A stretch of 64,000 nucleotides of DNA, taken from NCBI GenBank assembly GCA_963796685.1, contig CAWCMR010000011.1, positions 224,001-288,000 of the forward strand, read 5' to 3'. The notes under the pieces are model-generated. The model made no database searches. It was not told where the DNA came from and saw only the letters and a program-made list of their open reading frames with translations. How positions within the stretch are numbered: position 1 is the stretch's first letter; each line of letters begins with the position of its first letter. Origin of the DNA: an uncultured delta proteobacterium. Its GTDB lineage: Bacteria; Myxococcota_A; Polyangia; Fen-1088. Positions 1 to 11,679 of the stretch are shown here, piece by piece. Made by a program: the position numbers and the translations under genes.

Positions 1-315
1 GCGCCGGCGGGCGGCCTCCGAGGGCGCCGTGAGAGTTGGTTGCCCGAACCTGGGCCCGGCTCGGGGTCACCCAACCGATCCCGACCCCATGCCGAGTTCC
101 CTGGCGAGAGGGGTGTGTGAGGTCTCCGTCCGATGACGGGGGTCCATGGGACTGCGGGGGCGAATCCGTCAATTTCTGTCGATGCTGGTTCGGGGGGCCG
201 AAGTTACGTTGGGTTGAAGAGGCGCCCGTCGTTCGGCACGGGCCCGTTCGGACACGTTGCCATCGATGCGCAAAGCCATGGATCGACCTCCCGGCCGGGC
301 CAGGACGGGCCAGGC

Positions 316-1543
316 GTGGATATACCGCGCCGCAGCTGGCGGAGGGCGACCACCAGGGTAGGGAGTCGAAGGACCGGGGTGCCGGTGGCCCTGGTCGTCT
401 TGGTGGCGTTGTTCACCGGGACGGTCCGGGCGAACGGCGCCGAGCCACTGTCTCAGTCCCAGGCTCCGGGCACCTTGATCAGCGACCAACCTGTGACAGC
501 TCCCGGCGTCGACGGGAAGGCCTACCTTGTCAGCTATTGGTCTCAGTCCGAACAAGGCTCGGCCGTCGATGTGACGGGCATGGTGTTCGTGCCTTTCGGA
601 TCGCCTCCAGACAGAGGCTGGCCCGTCGTGAGCTACGGACACCCCACCGACGGCATGGCATCGTCGTGTGCTCCGTCGCTTGACCCGTCGACCGACGTAC
701 CGAACGTCAACGACATGCTCGAGCGGGCTGGGAGGTCGTCGCCTCGGACTATCAGGGAGAGACCAATCAAGCGATTGCATCCGCAGGCGGTCTGCAGCCG
801 CACGGGGTGAACATCCCCACGGCGCGCAACATCGTTGACATCGTGCGGGCCGCATCCAGTTTCCAGAACCCACGCCAGCACTCAGTATGTGGTCTGGGGT
901 TACTCACAGGGGAGCTGGGGCGGCAACCGTTGTCGCCAGTATGGCCGCCACGTACGCTCCGCAGTTGAATCTGGAAGGTGTGGTGGCCACGGCGCCGCCG
1001 TCCGGTCTCGTCGAAGACTTCTTCGGGTCGCCGACCGACGCTGCCTCGCCTTTCACGCTGATGTACGTAGCCGGTTACAACGCCGCCTACGGGAGCGCCG
1101 TCGTCCCCCTCGACCTGACACCTCTCGGCATGCGCTTCTACAACGATCTCAGCTACGACTGCTATGACACGCTCGCGTCGGAGATCAGCCAGTACCAGGT
1201 CGATCAGGTCTTCACCACGACGACTCCCACGCTCTTCTTCGCCATCCTCCTCGCCACCAATGACCCCTGGTTCATCCCCCAGGCGACCAACACCCCGGTG
1301 CTCCTCGTCCAAGGATCAGCGGACACGACCGATACGCCCCTCGACACATGGTTTGTCGACGCACACCTGTGTGCCGTCGGCCAGGACACGACGATGTGGG
1401 AATACCCGGGCTCGACCACAACGACATCGTCGGCTCGTCGATGGGAGACGTCGAACATTGGATCGCCGATCGATTCGCCGGCGCCGGCAACCCCGACCCT
1501 TCACCGCCCGACGGGAGTCGGGCATACAACAATCGGCGTGTAA
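316..1543 (+). CDS. Secretory lipase (LIP-family alpha/beta hydrolase), frameshifted
   Basis: Signal-like segment, VVSYGHPTDG motif, VWGYSQG nucleophile elbow at ~890-912, PVLLVQGSAD, then GLDH. Split over ORFs 133..810, 835..1167, 887..1543 and 1348..1629. Start uncertain. Confidence 0.8.
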
Positions 1544-2063
1544 CTGACGCTCGAAGGCGAAGCTCCCCTGGGCGAGCGCGGGCTTCGGTGCCGCCGGTGG
1601 GCAGCGAACCCGGGGATACGAACCGGTAGCTGCACGGGAGCGGAGGAGAGGTCCCGACTTCGCGATCTGGCAGAGCGCATTCCGGACCCCATCCGAACCG
1701 GAATTCGCCCTCGTCCGAGACAGGACCGCGGCGCCAGAACCAATCTTCGTTGACCTGCTCTACGGCGATCACCAGGGGAGACAGCGCATCATCAGCCGGT
1801 TCTCCTGCTCCCCCGAAGCGAGGGCGGATGGATCGCAACGGTGTCGAGGCATCGGAACGTCGACCGCCCCGACCCTCGCTGACGGTAGGGCGCGCTCGGC
1901 CCTCTCAAGGGTCCCCAGGATCGTTGATATCCCCAGTCGCGACGTGCGCCAGCACAGCGTCACGGATCTCGGCGCGGCAACCGGAACTGACGCTGCGGCA
2001 GACGCACGACGGCGCGATACTGGTTTCAGATCGCTTCAGCACCATCGGCTAGGAGGTCCGGCC

Positions 2064-2363
2064 ATGGCAGTCGGTGTGCAGATTGATTACCGGGACGTTT
2101 CGCTCGAACAGTACGACGAGGTCGTAGAGATCATGGGCCTTCTCCCCGGTGGCCCCCCACCTTCGGGAGTCATCTTCCATTGCGTGACCAAGACCGATGA
2201 CGGCATTCGCATTATCGACGTGTGGGAATCGCGCGAGGCCCTCGTGGCATTCCAAGAGGAAGAGATTGCTCCCATCTTCCAAAAGATCGGTGTGTCGGAT
2301 CCGCCCGAGACCACCTTCTTCCCGGTGCACAATTATTTCGTGACAAGGAAGAGCGGCCCCTGA
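2064..2363 (+). CDS. Small dimeric alpha-beta barrel (ABM-like) protein
   Basis: AGGAGG RBS at 2051; IIDVWESRE motif; homolog at 40952. Confidence 0.75.
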   Translation: MAVGVQIDYRDVSLEQYDEVVEIMGLLPGGPPPSGVIFHCVTKTDDGIRIIDVWESREALVAFQEEEIAPIFQKIGVSDPPETTFFPVHNYFVTRKSGP

Positions 2364-2667
2364 TCGCAGTCGGGGTGGGGGCTGCTCAGATCGTCCGATC
2401 CCCTGGTCCGAGGTGTCCCGCACGAGGCGGGACCCCCCCCGAAGGTGCGACCGTTCCCTCGCTGGTGCCGCTCGGTGCCGGGCCGATGCCCGCCCGGGCC
2501 CTTCGTGGTGGACCCCGCTTTGGGGCACGGGAGCCGAAGAGCTTCTCGTAGCGCCGCCGTCGCCGGCGGGCCCTGCTCACCGTTTCCTATCACGGCGTGA
2601 CAACCGGATCACGTCTCGGGCCGATCTTCGTACCGATGCCTTGGGGCACGGAACGGGGAGGCGAATC

Positions 2668-3130
2668 ATGACAGGGCCGATCGAACGGATGCGGGCACGA
2701 TGGAGTGTGACCAATCCCGCCACGCGGTTGTGGTGGTGGGCAGTAGCTGCCTTCTGTCTGGCGGGCATGCTGCTCATCGGTGGTGTGTGGCCGTCGCCAG
2801 CTCCATTTGTCCGAACGTCGAAGGCGTCACGGTGATATCGAACGGGACAGTCATGACACCGGTGCCCTCAACGCCACCCACCCCGGCCCAGCAGGCAGCC
2901 ACCAACGAGCTTGTGGCCGCGGTCGACGAGGGTGTGGAGCAGTACTCGAACGTCGCGGTCGCCGAGGCCGACGGGTACCAGCCGACCTCGGCCTCGGCGT
3001 GGTCCTATGACCCACTACCTCGACCGCTCGGTGATCGAGGACGGCGACGTGCTCGACCCTTCACAGCCATCCGCGCCGATGTCCGCCAACACTGGCAATC
3101 GTTTCCTACGTGCCGCTCACAAACGGGACC
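2668..3130 (+). pseudogene. Truncated secreted/membrane-anchored hypothetical protein
   Basis: TM segment, then AVAEADGYQP and THYLD..VLDPSQPS in three frames; stops against the convergent DUF998 gene. Confidence 0.45.
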
Positions 3131-3131
3131 C

Positions 3132-3965
3132 TCATCGCGCTCGGGCAGTAGGCGGTCGCGGGTCCGGCTCGAGAACCCGTTGTGGGCCAGGCATCGATAA
3201 CGCCCGCTCCTGGTATTGCTCGGAAGCAGGCTCGTCGTCCGTGGCACCGAGCGCGACCGATCGTACGACAACCAACGTAGCTACGGCCATGGTGATCGCA
3301 ACCCGCTCGGTCAGGCCGCGCACGGCGGTCGGGCTCATCTCGAAGCCCACTATCGCGAGGAGCTGGGCAGCGGCAAGGACCTGAACCCGTCGTGCCTGCG
3401 CCGCTGTCCGGAATCGTTGACCGAGAGCACCACCGAGGAGAAAGCTGGCGGCGGGCAACGTGAGGCAGACGATCAACATGCCGATGCCGTGCACCCTGCC
3501 GTCTGAGGTCTCGAGAACGTGAGGATGATCGGTGTTGTACCCGGCATCGAGAAACAAACCGACCGCCGTGCAGCCGAGCAGGAGGAGCGAGAAACGCCAC
3601 AGCCGGGATATCCTGAATCGGAGGAACAGGCTCGTAGCTGTGCTCAGGACCGCAATCCCCAGAGCGGCAAACGCGACACGCATCAGCCAGCCGTCCCTGC
3701 CGAGCGAGTATTCGCTGATGGTGTGCTCTGCAGGGTTCAAGTTCCCTCGAAGACCGTGCAAGGCCAAGACGACGGCGACGAACAGTGCAAGCCCGGCGCC
3801 ACCGAGCAGGTGGATCCGTCTGTTCCAGTCGGATCTTCCGGAAAGATGGGAGTCCTTCGCGTGGTGTGACGCGTCGGCCGCCACGTCGGGAAAGCGCGCG
3901 TGCTCGCTGTTGATTGTCCGCCCGAAGACAGAGAGCGGGCGCTCCTGGTGCTCGGAGAGTGCCAC
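3132..3965 (-). CDS. DUF998 family membrane protein
   Basis: NPAEHTISEYSLG motif, several TM helices, GLTERV; GGAGG RBS. Confidence 0.8.
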   Translation of the reverse strand: MALSEHQERPLSVFGRTINSEHARFPDVAADASHHAKDSHLSGRSDWNRRIHLLGGAGLALFVAVVLALHGLRGNLNPAEHTISEYSLGRDGWLMRVAFAALGIAVLSTATSLFLRFRISRLWRFSLLLLGCTAVGLFLDAGYNTDHPHVLETSDGRVHGIGMLIVCLTLPAASFLLGGALGQRFRTAAQARRVQVLAAAQLLAIVGFEMSPTAVRGLTERVAITMAVATLVVVRSVALGATDDEPASEQYQERALSMPGPQRVLEPDPRPPTARAR

Positions 3966-4168
3966 GCCTCCTCCCGATGACCCGTGGCTTCAGCCGACCC
4001 CGGTCATTGTCGCGCGATGGTCAAGGCCACGCCAGGGCTTTTGTCCGGCATTCTCGGACGTTGGAGGGCCAGCGGCCTCGAGGGCGGCGCGGGCGCGGGT
4101 TCCCGAGGGGAGCTGATTCGGGCCGGCTGGTCGGCATTCGCGTCGCGACCGGCGCGAGGATCTCTGGA

Positions 4169-4560
4169 GTGTTGATCCGCATCGAAGCTTCAGAACTGAG
4201 CGGTCGTAGGTGCGGGCCAGGACCGGACTTTCCGGATGGTCACGAGAACGTCCACGTTGCCATTCAGGACCGCAACGGCCAGCGGGACCTCTTCGGCTCG
4301 GCGCCGGCCGATGTGGAGTCTGCGGTTTGGGAGTTGGGTTGCGCCGAGGTTCATCTACATGACCTGGGATGCCGTCGACGCCGGGGGCGGCTTCTCGATG
4401 TTTCGTCAGGCCAAGCTCTGGCTCGATACCGCTCCGCTGATGTGATGGAGACTGCCGGTGACCTGGGCTTCCTGATCGGACGCCTTGGACGTTCAGACGA
4501 GCAGGGCTGGCCTCTCCGTGCTTTGGTCCGGCCTCCGACGCATCGAATGGTGGGCACGCT
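4169..4560 (+). pseudogene. DUF5990-like protein, frameshifted and internally deleted
   Basis: LIRIEASEL..HENVHVAIQ, then RFIYMTW..FSMFRQAKLWL and VRPP in different frames. Confidence 0.6.
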
Positions 4561-4633
4561 CCGCGTCGTAGGCGTCGTAGGCGTCGAACCGGCAACTGCG
4601 GGACATCGCCGTCAGGCCGATGATCAGGAACCG

Positions 4634-5146
4634 CTACGCGTCACGTGGTGCCGTCCGGTCGTCGAGATGGAGCTGGAGCAGGACGAGGTCCAACCACCGA
4701 CCGAACTTGGCGCCGATCTCAGGCATCCGGGCCACCTCGACGAAGCCCAGTGGTTGGTGGAACCGAATGGACGTCTCGTTCGTACCGTCGATGGCGGCGA
4801 CCATCGTGTGCTTGCCGCTTTGCCGCGCTTTGTTGATGAGAGCTCCCATGAGGCTTCCACCGATACCCGTGGTCCACCGGTCCTCTCGCACGTGGATCGT
4901 GTTCTCGACGGTGAACCGGTAGCCGGGTCGCTTCACGACGTCGCGGAACCACCCGTACGCGGCGACACCGAGGACCTCGCCTTGCTCGTCGGCCACCAGG
5001 ACCACCTCGTGTTGATCCAACCACTCCAAGATGCTGGCCGGCGTCTGCGGTCTCTCGGTCCACTCGATTGTCGTCGTGGCCAGGTGCGCGTTCAGGAGTG
5101 CCGCAATCGCAACGGCATCGGTGGGGGCGGCAGGCCTGATGATCAC
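4634..5146 (-). CDS. GNAT N-acetyltransferase (Pat/YncA-like)
   Basis: YRFTVENTIHV, GIGGSLM, NETSIRFH..GF, GAKFGRWLD. Confidence 0.9.
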   Translation of the reverse strand: MIIRPAAPTDAVAIAALLNAHLATTTIEWTERPQTPASILEWLDQHEVVLVADEQGEVLGVAAYGWFRDVVKRPGYRFTVENTIHVREDRWTTGIGGSLMGALINKARQSGKHTMVAAIDGTNETSIRFHQPLGFVEVARMPEIGAKFGRWLDLVLLQLHLDDRTAPRDA

Positions 5147-5290
5147 CCCAGGATTTTCGCAGAACGCGTCTGGCTCCGAGCAACCGACCCCGCACCCCAT
5201 CGCCGGCAGGCAAGGGTTTGCCAATAGGAGCACCTGAGGTCACCGGTCGGAGTGGCAACTGGAGTCGGACCTGGCTCGTATTCTCTGGAG

Positions 5291-5704
5291 ATGGATTGGA
5301 CCATCCGACCGGGTCGAATCTCAGATGTCGAGTTCGTACTCCGGCTCTGGGTGGAGGGCCAGGCCGAGCCCGGTCATACCGACGACGCCGACAGTCTCAG
5401 GCGACTCATCTCCCATGACCCTTCAGCACTGATCCTTGCCGAAGACGACGGCCGCCTCGTCGGCTCGGTGATTGCCGTGTGGGACGGGTGGAGGGGGTCG
5501 ATCTACCGGTTGGTCGTCGCTCCCTCCTACCGCCGCCACGGACTGGCGGGCTGCTTGCTCAACGAGGCGGAAGCCCAGCTACAGGCGGCGGGGGCTGTCC
5601 GCCTGCAGGCAATCGTCGTGGAGACCCAGTCGATGGCGGCGGGCTTTTGGCACGCCAGCGATTGGGAAGAACAGAGTCATCGACTCCGCTTTGTGAAGGG
5701 TTGA
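5291..5704 (+). CDS. GNAT N-acetyltransferase
   Basis: WDGWRGSIYRLVVAPSYRRHGLA acetyl-CoA motif. Confidence 0.88.
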   Translation: MDWTIRPGRISDVEFVLRLWVEGQAEPGHTDDADSLRRLISHDPSALILAEDDGRLVGSVIAVWDGWRGSIYRLVVAPSYRRHGLAGCLLNEAEAQLQAAGAVRLQAIVVETQSMAAGFWHASDWEEQSHRLRFVKG

Positions 5705-5738
5705 TCCTGCCCGGTGTCACGTGCGTGTCTGGGCCCGT

Positions 5739-6810
5739 TCAGCCCAAGCGCATCGCCCAAGCTGCGATGGCGGTACGGGCACCTCGAGCAAGGCCGAGTG
5801 TGATCTCCCGTGCTGGCAGGGATTCGGCCAGGCTGTGCGTTTCGCCCGCCCAGAGGTTGATCAGATCCGGGTCGCCGACAGCGCGACCGTGGGCGCGAAG
5901 CGGCGCCGTGAGATGGTTGACCTCGGGATAGGCCCGGGGCGCATCCTTGCCGTACTCGTTGTGAAGCCGGTTGGAGATGCCGCGGGCCAGGCGCCCGCTG
6001 AAGGCGCGCGTGAGCACGGTCGGTGCGTCGGTCGCGGTGGCGACGCGTTGTGCGTCCGAGGTTCCGGCCTCGGGAGCTCGCAAGTAGGCGGTGCCGATCT
6101 GTGCGGCGCCGGCGCCCGCCACGAGCACGGCCGCGAGTGCGGACCCGGTCATGATCGAGCCGGCCGCGATCAGCGGCAGGTCCACCGCGGCCCGAACGAG
6201 CTGGAGAGCCGCAAGCAAGGTGAATTGCGATTGTGAAGTCGTCGTCGACGAACACGCCACGGTGCCCGCCGGCTTCGACGCCCTGAACGATCAGCGCGTC
6301 GGCTCCGGCCGCGGAAGCTTGGCGGGCCTCGTGCGGTGAGGTAACCGTCAGCCACACCTCCGATCCGGCCGCTCGAAGCTGTTCGATCGCCCGGTTCGGC
6401 GGTATGCCGAACGTGAACGACACAACCGCCACCGGTGCTCGCTGCAAGATCTCGATCTTTGCGTCGAACCAGTCGTCGTCGAAGCGCGGTGGCGCGAGTT
6501 CCACTCCGACATGCTGGGCCTCGACCCGCAGCTGGTCTGCGTACGCCTGCACCGCTTTTGGATCCGCGGGTTTGTCACCACCGACGAAGACGTTGACGCC
6601 GAAGCGGTCGATTTGGGCCCGGGTGGTGGCGATGTCTTGTTGCATGCGCTCGGGTGTGAGGTAGCCGGCGGCCAGGAATCCGAGGCCCCCGGCTCTGCTC
6701 ACCGCCACGGCCAGCGCCGGAGTGGATGGTCCGCCCGCCATAGGCGCTTGGATAATCGGCACGGCCAGGCTTTCGAGGACGCGGCTCGTGTTGGGAGGGC
6801 TTTGGGTCAT
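5739..6810 (-). CDS. Nitronate monooxygenase family protein (frameshift at ~6235)
   Basis: PIIQAPMAGG, QGVEAGGHRG, QIGTAYL, TRAFSGRLARG, LWAGE. Confidence 0.9.
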
Positions 6811-6945
6811 CTCAGCCGTTCTAGCGTCTCCGATACAGGCGAATGACGTCGCTGGTCACATCGAGCCGGGGTCTCCAGGTCTGCGCCTGTGCTCGTAGCC
6901 GGTGAGTGTTCGGGGCCCGCGCTGACCCGTACAGACCGCGCTGGG

Positions 6946-7523
6946 TCAGTTCCAGCGTGGCGCTCGTGGTTGGCCGTGCCGCCGGTACCGGCGAGGGCCG
7001 AACCAAGGCGACCAGTACCAGGCAGCGAAAAGACCAAGGCCGACGACGCCGACGATGAACACCAGCAAGGCAAGGGGAATGAAATTCGACGCCCGCGACA
7101 TGCGTGCCCACGATCGGCAGGCCTAGGGAACGGGGGGTCAAGAGCCGCCGGATCGGCCCGGTCCGGCGACGACCCGTCGGGTCGCGAAAGCAATGGAGCT
7201 GCTGCTTCGACCGCTCACCAGTGCCAATCCGGCGCCGAGAGTCAGCAGGGCCAAGACGACCCCGAGGACGATGGCAATAGGTGCGCTGCCCAGAGAAGGA
7301 CGGTCGGGGCGGAGGAACTCGTCACACCCCGAGCCGCCGCCCACGAGGCTGCGAAGCGCCGAGGATCGAACGCGCTGTTCCCGAGCACGTCTTCGGGCGA
7401 CCCTCCCTCGGCCTCTGCTTCCTCGAGATCGGCGGTGAGGTCGGCGGCCATCTCGTTGGCGACGGGATCCGGGACACCGAGTCGCCGCCACTCCCGGCGG
7501 CACTCATCGACGAACTCATTCAC
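6946..7523 (-). CDS. PadR-associated membrane protein (frameshifted)
   Basis: N-terminal EWRRLGVPD..EMAADL..DPRRFAASWA domain plus two TM helices; GTGA overlap with the padR-family stop. Confidence 0.65.
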
Positions 7524-7874
7524 GGCATTACCTCCGCTTTGACCAGACCGAGAGCACCATCGACGGCGTCACGGGCCGCCTGCCATTCGCCGACACCGGC
7601 CTCGAGCGCCCGCTCACCTTCGGCCGAGAGGCTGTAGTACTTGCGCGGCGGGCCCGCCGTTGCTCGCCGCCCGGTGGGTCTCGACCAGGCCATCGCGCTC
7701 CAGCCGCCCGAGGAGCGGGTAGATCGACCCCTCCCCGACGATGGAGAGGCCGCGCGCCCGGAGCCGCTTGGTCATCTCGTAGCCGTAGGCGGGCCCGTCT
7801 CCCATGACCGCCAGCAGGCAGAGGTCGAGGACGCCCCGAAGGAGCTGGCTCCGGCGCCCCTCTGCATTTCCCAT
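7520..7874 (-). CDS. PadR family transcriptional regulator
   Basis: LLRGVLDLCLL, YGYEM, EGSIYPLLGRLE; RKYYSL follows a frameshift. Confidence 0.9.
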
Positions 7875-7956
7875 GCACCACAAGATACCGTTTGCTATTG
7901 TGCACTGCAAGGCACCCGGCCACCGAAGGGTATCGTCAAAGGAGATTGACCAGCGG

Positions 7957-8937
7957 ATGACAACCACCACGCTGCCCAATCCCTCCCATGACCAGGCCGG
8001 TGATGGCCACTGGGCCGTCGAGACCCATGGGCTGACCAAGCGCTTCGGCGACACCGTCGCCGTCAACGGCGTCGAGCTCCTCGTCCCCCGGGGGTGCGCC
8101 TTCGGCTACCTCGGGCCCCAACGGGGCGGGCAAGACCACGCTCATCCGGGTCCTGCTGGGCCTGACCCACGCCGACGCCGGCACGATGTCGCTGCTCGGC
8201 TACCCCGTGCCCAAGCAACGCGCCGCCGCGCTGGCGCGGGTCGGGGCCATCGTCGACGAGCCCCGCTTCCACGGCCATCTGACCGGGCGGCAGAACCTCC
8301 AGCTCCTCGCGGCGGCGCGAGAGCCCGCCGCGCGGGGCGCGCATCGGCCCGTCCCTCGAGCGGGTCGGCATCCTCCATCGCGCCGACGACCGGGTGGCGA
8401 AGTACTCCATGGGCATGCGCCAGCGCCTCGGGGTGGCCGCCTGCCTGATCGGGGACCCCCAGCTCCTGATCCTCGACGAGCCCATGAACGGGCTCGACCC
8501 CGCCGGCATGCACGAGATGCGCGACATGATCCTGTCGCTCGTGGCCGAGGGCCGCACCGTGGTGCTGTCGTCGCACCTCCTCGACGAGGTCGAGCGCACC
8601 TGCGACGCCGTGGCCATCGTGGACCGGGGCAACGTCATCCGCCAGGGGCCGATCTCCGAGCTGCTGGCGGGGACCTCGGTGGTGCTCCAGGTCGAGTGCT
8701 CCGAGCCCGACCGGGCCCGAGCCCTGCTCGACGGCACCGCCCTCGGGGGCGACATCGAGCTCGGGCAGCTGGGACTGGGGATCACCCTGCCGGCGGGGAC
8801 GCCGACGAGACGTCATCGCCGAGATCAACCGGGTGCTCGTCGAGGGGGGCATCTCGGTGTACCGGCTCCAGCAGATCCAGGCCTCGCTCGAATCGTGGTT
8901 CTTGCAGGTCACGAGCCGACTGGGGGCCGCCGAATGA
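7957..8937 (+). CDS. ABC transporter ATP-binding protein (frameshifted)
   Basis: Walker A region YLGP(N)GAGKTT, YSMGMRQRLG signature, LLILDEPMNGLDP, SSHLL. Confidence 0.9.
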
Positions 8938-10124
8938 CGACGATGTCGCCCGCCCGCGCCCCGCACCGCCTCGCCCCGGGGCACCGGGCGCCGACCACCG
9001 GGGATCGTGGGTCCCGACCGCTGGCCATGATCACCACCCGGTTCATGGAGCTGCGCAAGCGGCGGGGACTGATGATCGCCCTCATGCTCGTCACCATCGG
9101 CATCCCCACCGTCTTCTTCTCATCCGGCTGCTGCTCCACGCCATCGCGCCCAACTCCTACGGACCCGCCGGCGGCTACGACATCTACACCGGGCTCGTGG
9201 CCGGGGTGCTCTACGTCTTCGGCTTCATCGTGGCCGCCACGCTCGGGGCGACGGCGGGATCGATCGACCTCACCGAGGGCATGTTCCGCCACCTGGTGGT
9301 GACCGGCCGCTCCCGGTTGGCGCTGTACCTGGCCCGCATCCCCGCCGGCCTGGGCATCATCGTGCCGCTGGTGGCCATCGGCTTCACCATCGTGTGCGCG
9401 GTGTGCGTGTTCGCGGCGCCCACCCAGCTCAACTTCCAAGGCGTCAACGTCCCCACCGGCCTGTCCCAGGCCGGCCTCGAGAACTGGGCCGCCGGGCACA
9501 GCACACCAGGTCATCTGCGACTTCAACTTCAGAATCGGGCCGAACTCACCGATCGCGCCGGTCGCCAACGCCGTCCCGTGCGGCCAACGGCCCGGGCGGC
9601 CCGGTCAAGATCGGTCCTCCGGGCGCCCAGGGTCACACCGCAACCCACCCAGGCCCAGATCAGGCAGGCCGCTCGCCTCATCGCGCAGCATGGACTACTC
9701 CGACTACGCCCGGGTGTTCCTGTACCCGTCGGACTCACTGATGATCAAGAGCGGGCTGTGGCTCGAGCTCGAAGCGGTCATCGGGTTCGTCGTCGGCCTG
9801 GGGCTCGGATCGCTCATCGGCCAGCGAACCGTCGCGGTGATCCTGATGATCGTCCTCGAGATCGTCCTGACGCCGATCTTCTCTCGGGCGCACATCCCCC
9901 ATCTGATCAACCTCCAGCGCGCCGTGGTCGGTCTGGCCACAGCCCACCTGGCGCCGGGCGGGTCTCCCCGTCCTCGGCGGGGGCGGAGGGGGCCCAGGGG
10001 GAGGAGCCGGGAATCCCGGCATTGGTGCCGGAGTCGACCACCGTAGCCGTCTGCGTGATCGTCGCCTGGCTGGTCGGCTGGACCGTGCTCGGGGCGTGGC
10101 GCATGATCAGAACGGGACGCCTGA
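8934..10124 (+). CDS. ABC-2 type permease (frameshifted)
   Basis: ATGA-coupled to the ATPase; TM helices; DLTEGMFRHLVVTGRSR; ends ..RDA*. Confidence 0.8.
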
Positions 10125-10380
10125 GAAACGCTCACGAGCGACCCGGACAGTGGATCCGGCGTGTGAGGATTGCGTTCGTCCCACAGCTCGAGCGCCCGGG
10201 CCAGGGACTCAGGCAGCACAGGAGCACCACCTGGACGAGATCGAGCCATACCTGTACGCCGGCGATACCGCCATGCACATCGCCGGCGCCCGGCTACTGC
10301 CGGTTTCGTGTGGTGCTGACACCCCCTGGAGAACCCCTGCCCGGGGGTCTCGACATGGTCCGAACTGGAGTCGATCCTGA

Positions 10381-10617
10381 TCAGCCTTCGGGAAACGCAG
10401 CAAAGTCACGCTTGGCCTTCTTGTACCACCCCATTCCCTTGATGGGATTCTTCCAACGGCCCTTCATCTCCTTCAAAGCCTTTTCGTGCGTCGTGTCACC
10501 CTTGGCGACCATTTCCTTGAGATGGCGATCTTGCGCCTTGATGACCTCGTCTGCGGTCATGCCATGGTGCTTCAGATCGCACGGGCCACCCAATTGTTCA
10601 CACGTCATCGTCTTCAT
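10381..10617 (-). CDS. Small DUF1059-like Cys/His protein
   Basis: MKTMTCEQLGGPC..ADEVIKAQDRHL; ATGA overlap with the upstream sigma factor. Confidence 0.75.
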   Translation of the reverse strand: MKTMTCEQLGGPCDLKHHGMTADEVIKAQDRHLKEMVAKGDTTHEKALKEMKGRWKNPIKGMGWYKKAKRDFAAFPEG

Positions 10618-11558
10618 GAGTCTCGCTTCCTTTCGCATGTCGAGCCGTCGCTTGAATACTCGGCTGGTCGGTGCCCATCATCTCCTTCAGAGTTCGCCCG
10701 TACACGGACTACTTCCATGGTTGCCAGGACGTCTGGATCGGCAATCAACTCGACCTCGCGTACCAGGCCCGCCCCGACATGGAAGACGAAGGCCACCTTG
10801 ACGGCCCCGGCTTGGATCCAGGCGGCGCCGAGCTCACCGTCGATGGTGACAGGCGCCGCCCCCCGGGCACCGTTGAGCCGGGCGGCCACGGCGGCGGCAC
10901 CGCCGTAGACGGCATCCGTACCCATCCTCTGGCCGACCAGGTCGGCACGCATCACCGCGTCCGGTGCAAGCAGCGACAACAGGGTGCCGAGGTCCCCGCC
11001 CCGGGCTGCAGAGAGGAAGGCGTCGACGACGCGGTGGCTCTCGGCGCGCGCCGCCTGCGACGCGTCCGGCTCCGGCACACCCCGAACCTTGCGCCGGGCC
11101 CGGCTGGCCAACTGGCGTACGGCGGTACCCGAGCGCCCCATGATCTCGCTGATCTCGTCGAACGGATACCCGAACACATCGTGCAACACGAAGGCCGCTC
11201 TCTCAGCGGGTGCCAGAGTGTCGAGGACGACCTGCATGGCGTCGCCCATCTTCTCGGCGAGGAGCGCGTCGGCCTCCGGGTCGAGCGTTACGGGTTCGGC
11301 GGGCGCCCCGGACTCGGCCACCGACCTGGTGCGTCGCTTGCGGAGGTGGTCGAGGCACAACCGTGTGACGACGGTCGTCAACCAGGCAGGCACGTCGTCG
11401 ATGTCGTCGGTGCGGGAGAACCGAAGCCAGGTCTCCTGCACGACGTCGTCCGCGTCGGCATTCGACCCGAGTATCCGGATGGCGATCGCAGTCAGCCGGG
11501 GCCGTTCGCCGTCGAAGTCGGTCACGTCCGTCAATCGTGGCAGGTCTACGTTGGTCAT
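10614..11558 (-). CDS. ECF41 (SigJ/SigI-like) sigma factor with SnoaL-like C-terminal extension
   Basis: DADDVVQETWLR, AWLTTVVTRLCLD, ERAAFVLHDVFG, RQLASRARR, C-terminal AFLSAARGGD..DPD. Confidence 0.9.
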   Translation of the reverse strand: MTNVDLPRLTDVTDFDGERPRLTAIAIRILGSNADADDVVQETWLRFSRTDDIDDVPAWLTTVVTRLCLDHLRKRRTRSVAESGAPAEPVTLDPEADALLAEKMGDAMQVVLDTLAPAERAAFVLHDVFGYPFDEISEIMGRSGTAVRQLASRARRKVRGVPEPDASQAARAESHRVVDAFLSAARGGDLGTLLSLLAPDAVMRADLVGQRMGTDAVYGGAAAVAARLNGARGAAPVTIDGELGAAWIQAGAVKVAFVFHVGAGLVREVELIADPDVLATMEVVRVRANSEGDDGHRPAEYSSDGSTCERKRDS

Positions 11559-11566
11559 ACCCTTTT

Positions 11567-11593
11567 GACGCAGGCCGAGGCGGAGATGTGACA
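11567..11593 (-). promoter_or_regulatory. ECF41 autoregulatory promoter TGTCACA-N16-CGTC
   Basis: Minus strand reads TGTCACA tctccgcctcggcctg CGTC, 8 nt before the ATG; matches the known ECF41 consensus. Confidence 0.8.
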
Positions 11594-11679
11594 GGCACTC
11601 TCGTTGACACACCGACCTGCCTCTATCCGAGCAGGTTGGCTCGGCGCCACAAGGGGAGTTCAGCCGCTCTGGTGATCTT

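Noticed and set aside
1598-1625. TGG-N19-GAACCG match to the att spacing
   Set aside because: Lacks the internal AATGCTTT similarity and the SNP frame; an 8-base match is expected by chance in 64 kb.
4563-4589. GCGTCGTAG tandem repeat, about three copies
   Set aside because: Short simple repeat with no spacers; not CRISPR. No CRISPR array or cas gene was seen in the window.
3914-5227. 437-aa ORF, and similar long shadow ORFs such as 22395..23828 and 34154..35371
   Set aside because: Mostly antisense to recognisable genes; long shadow ORFs are expected at high GC.
8186-10801. 871-aa ORF
   Set aside because: Artefact: a frameshifted mosaic of ABC ATPase and permease segments plus antisense read-through.
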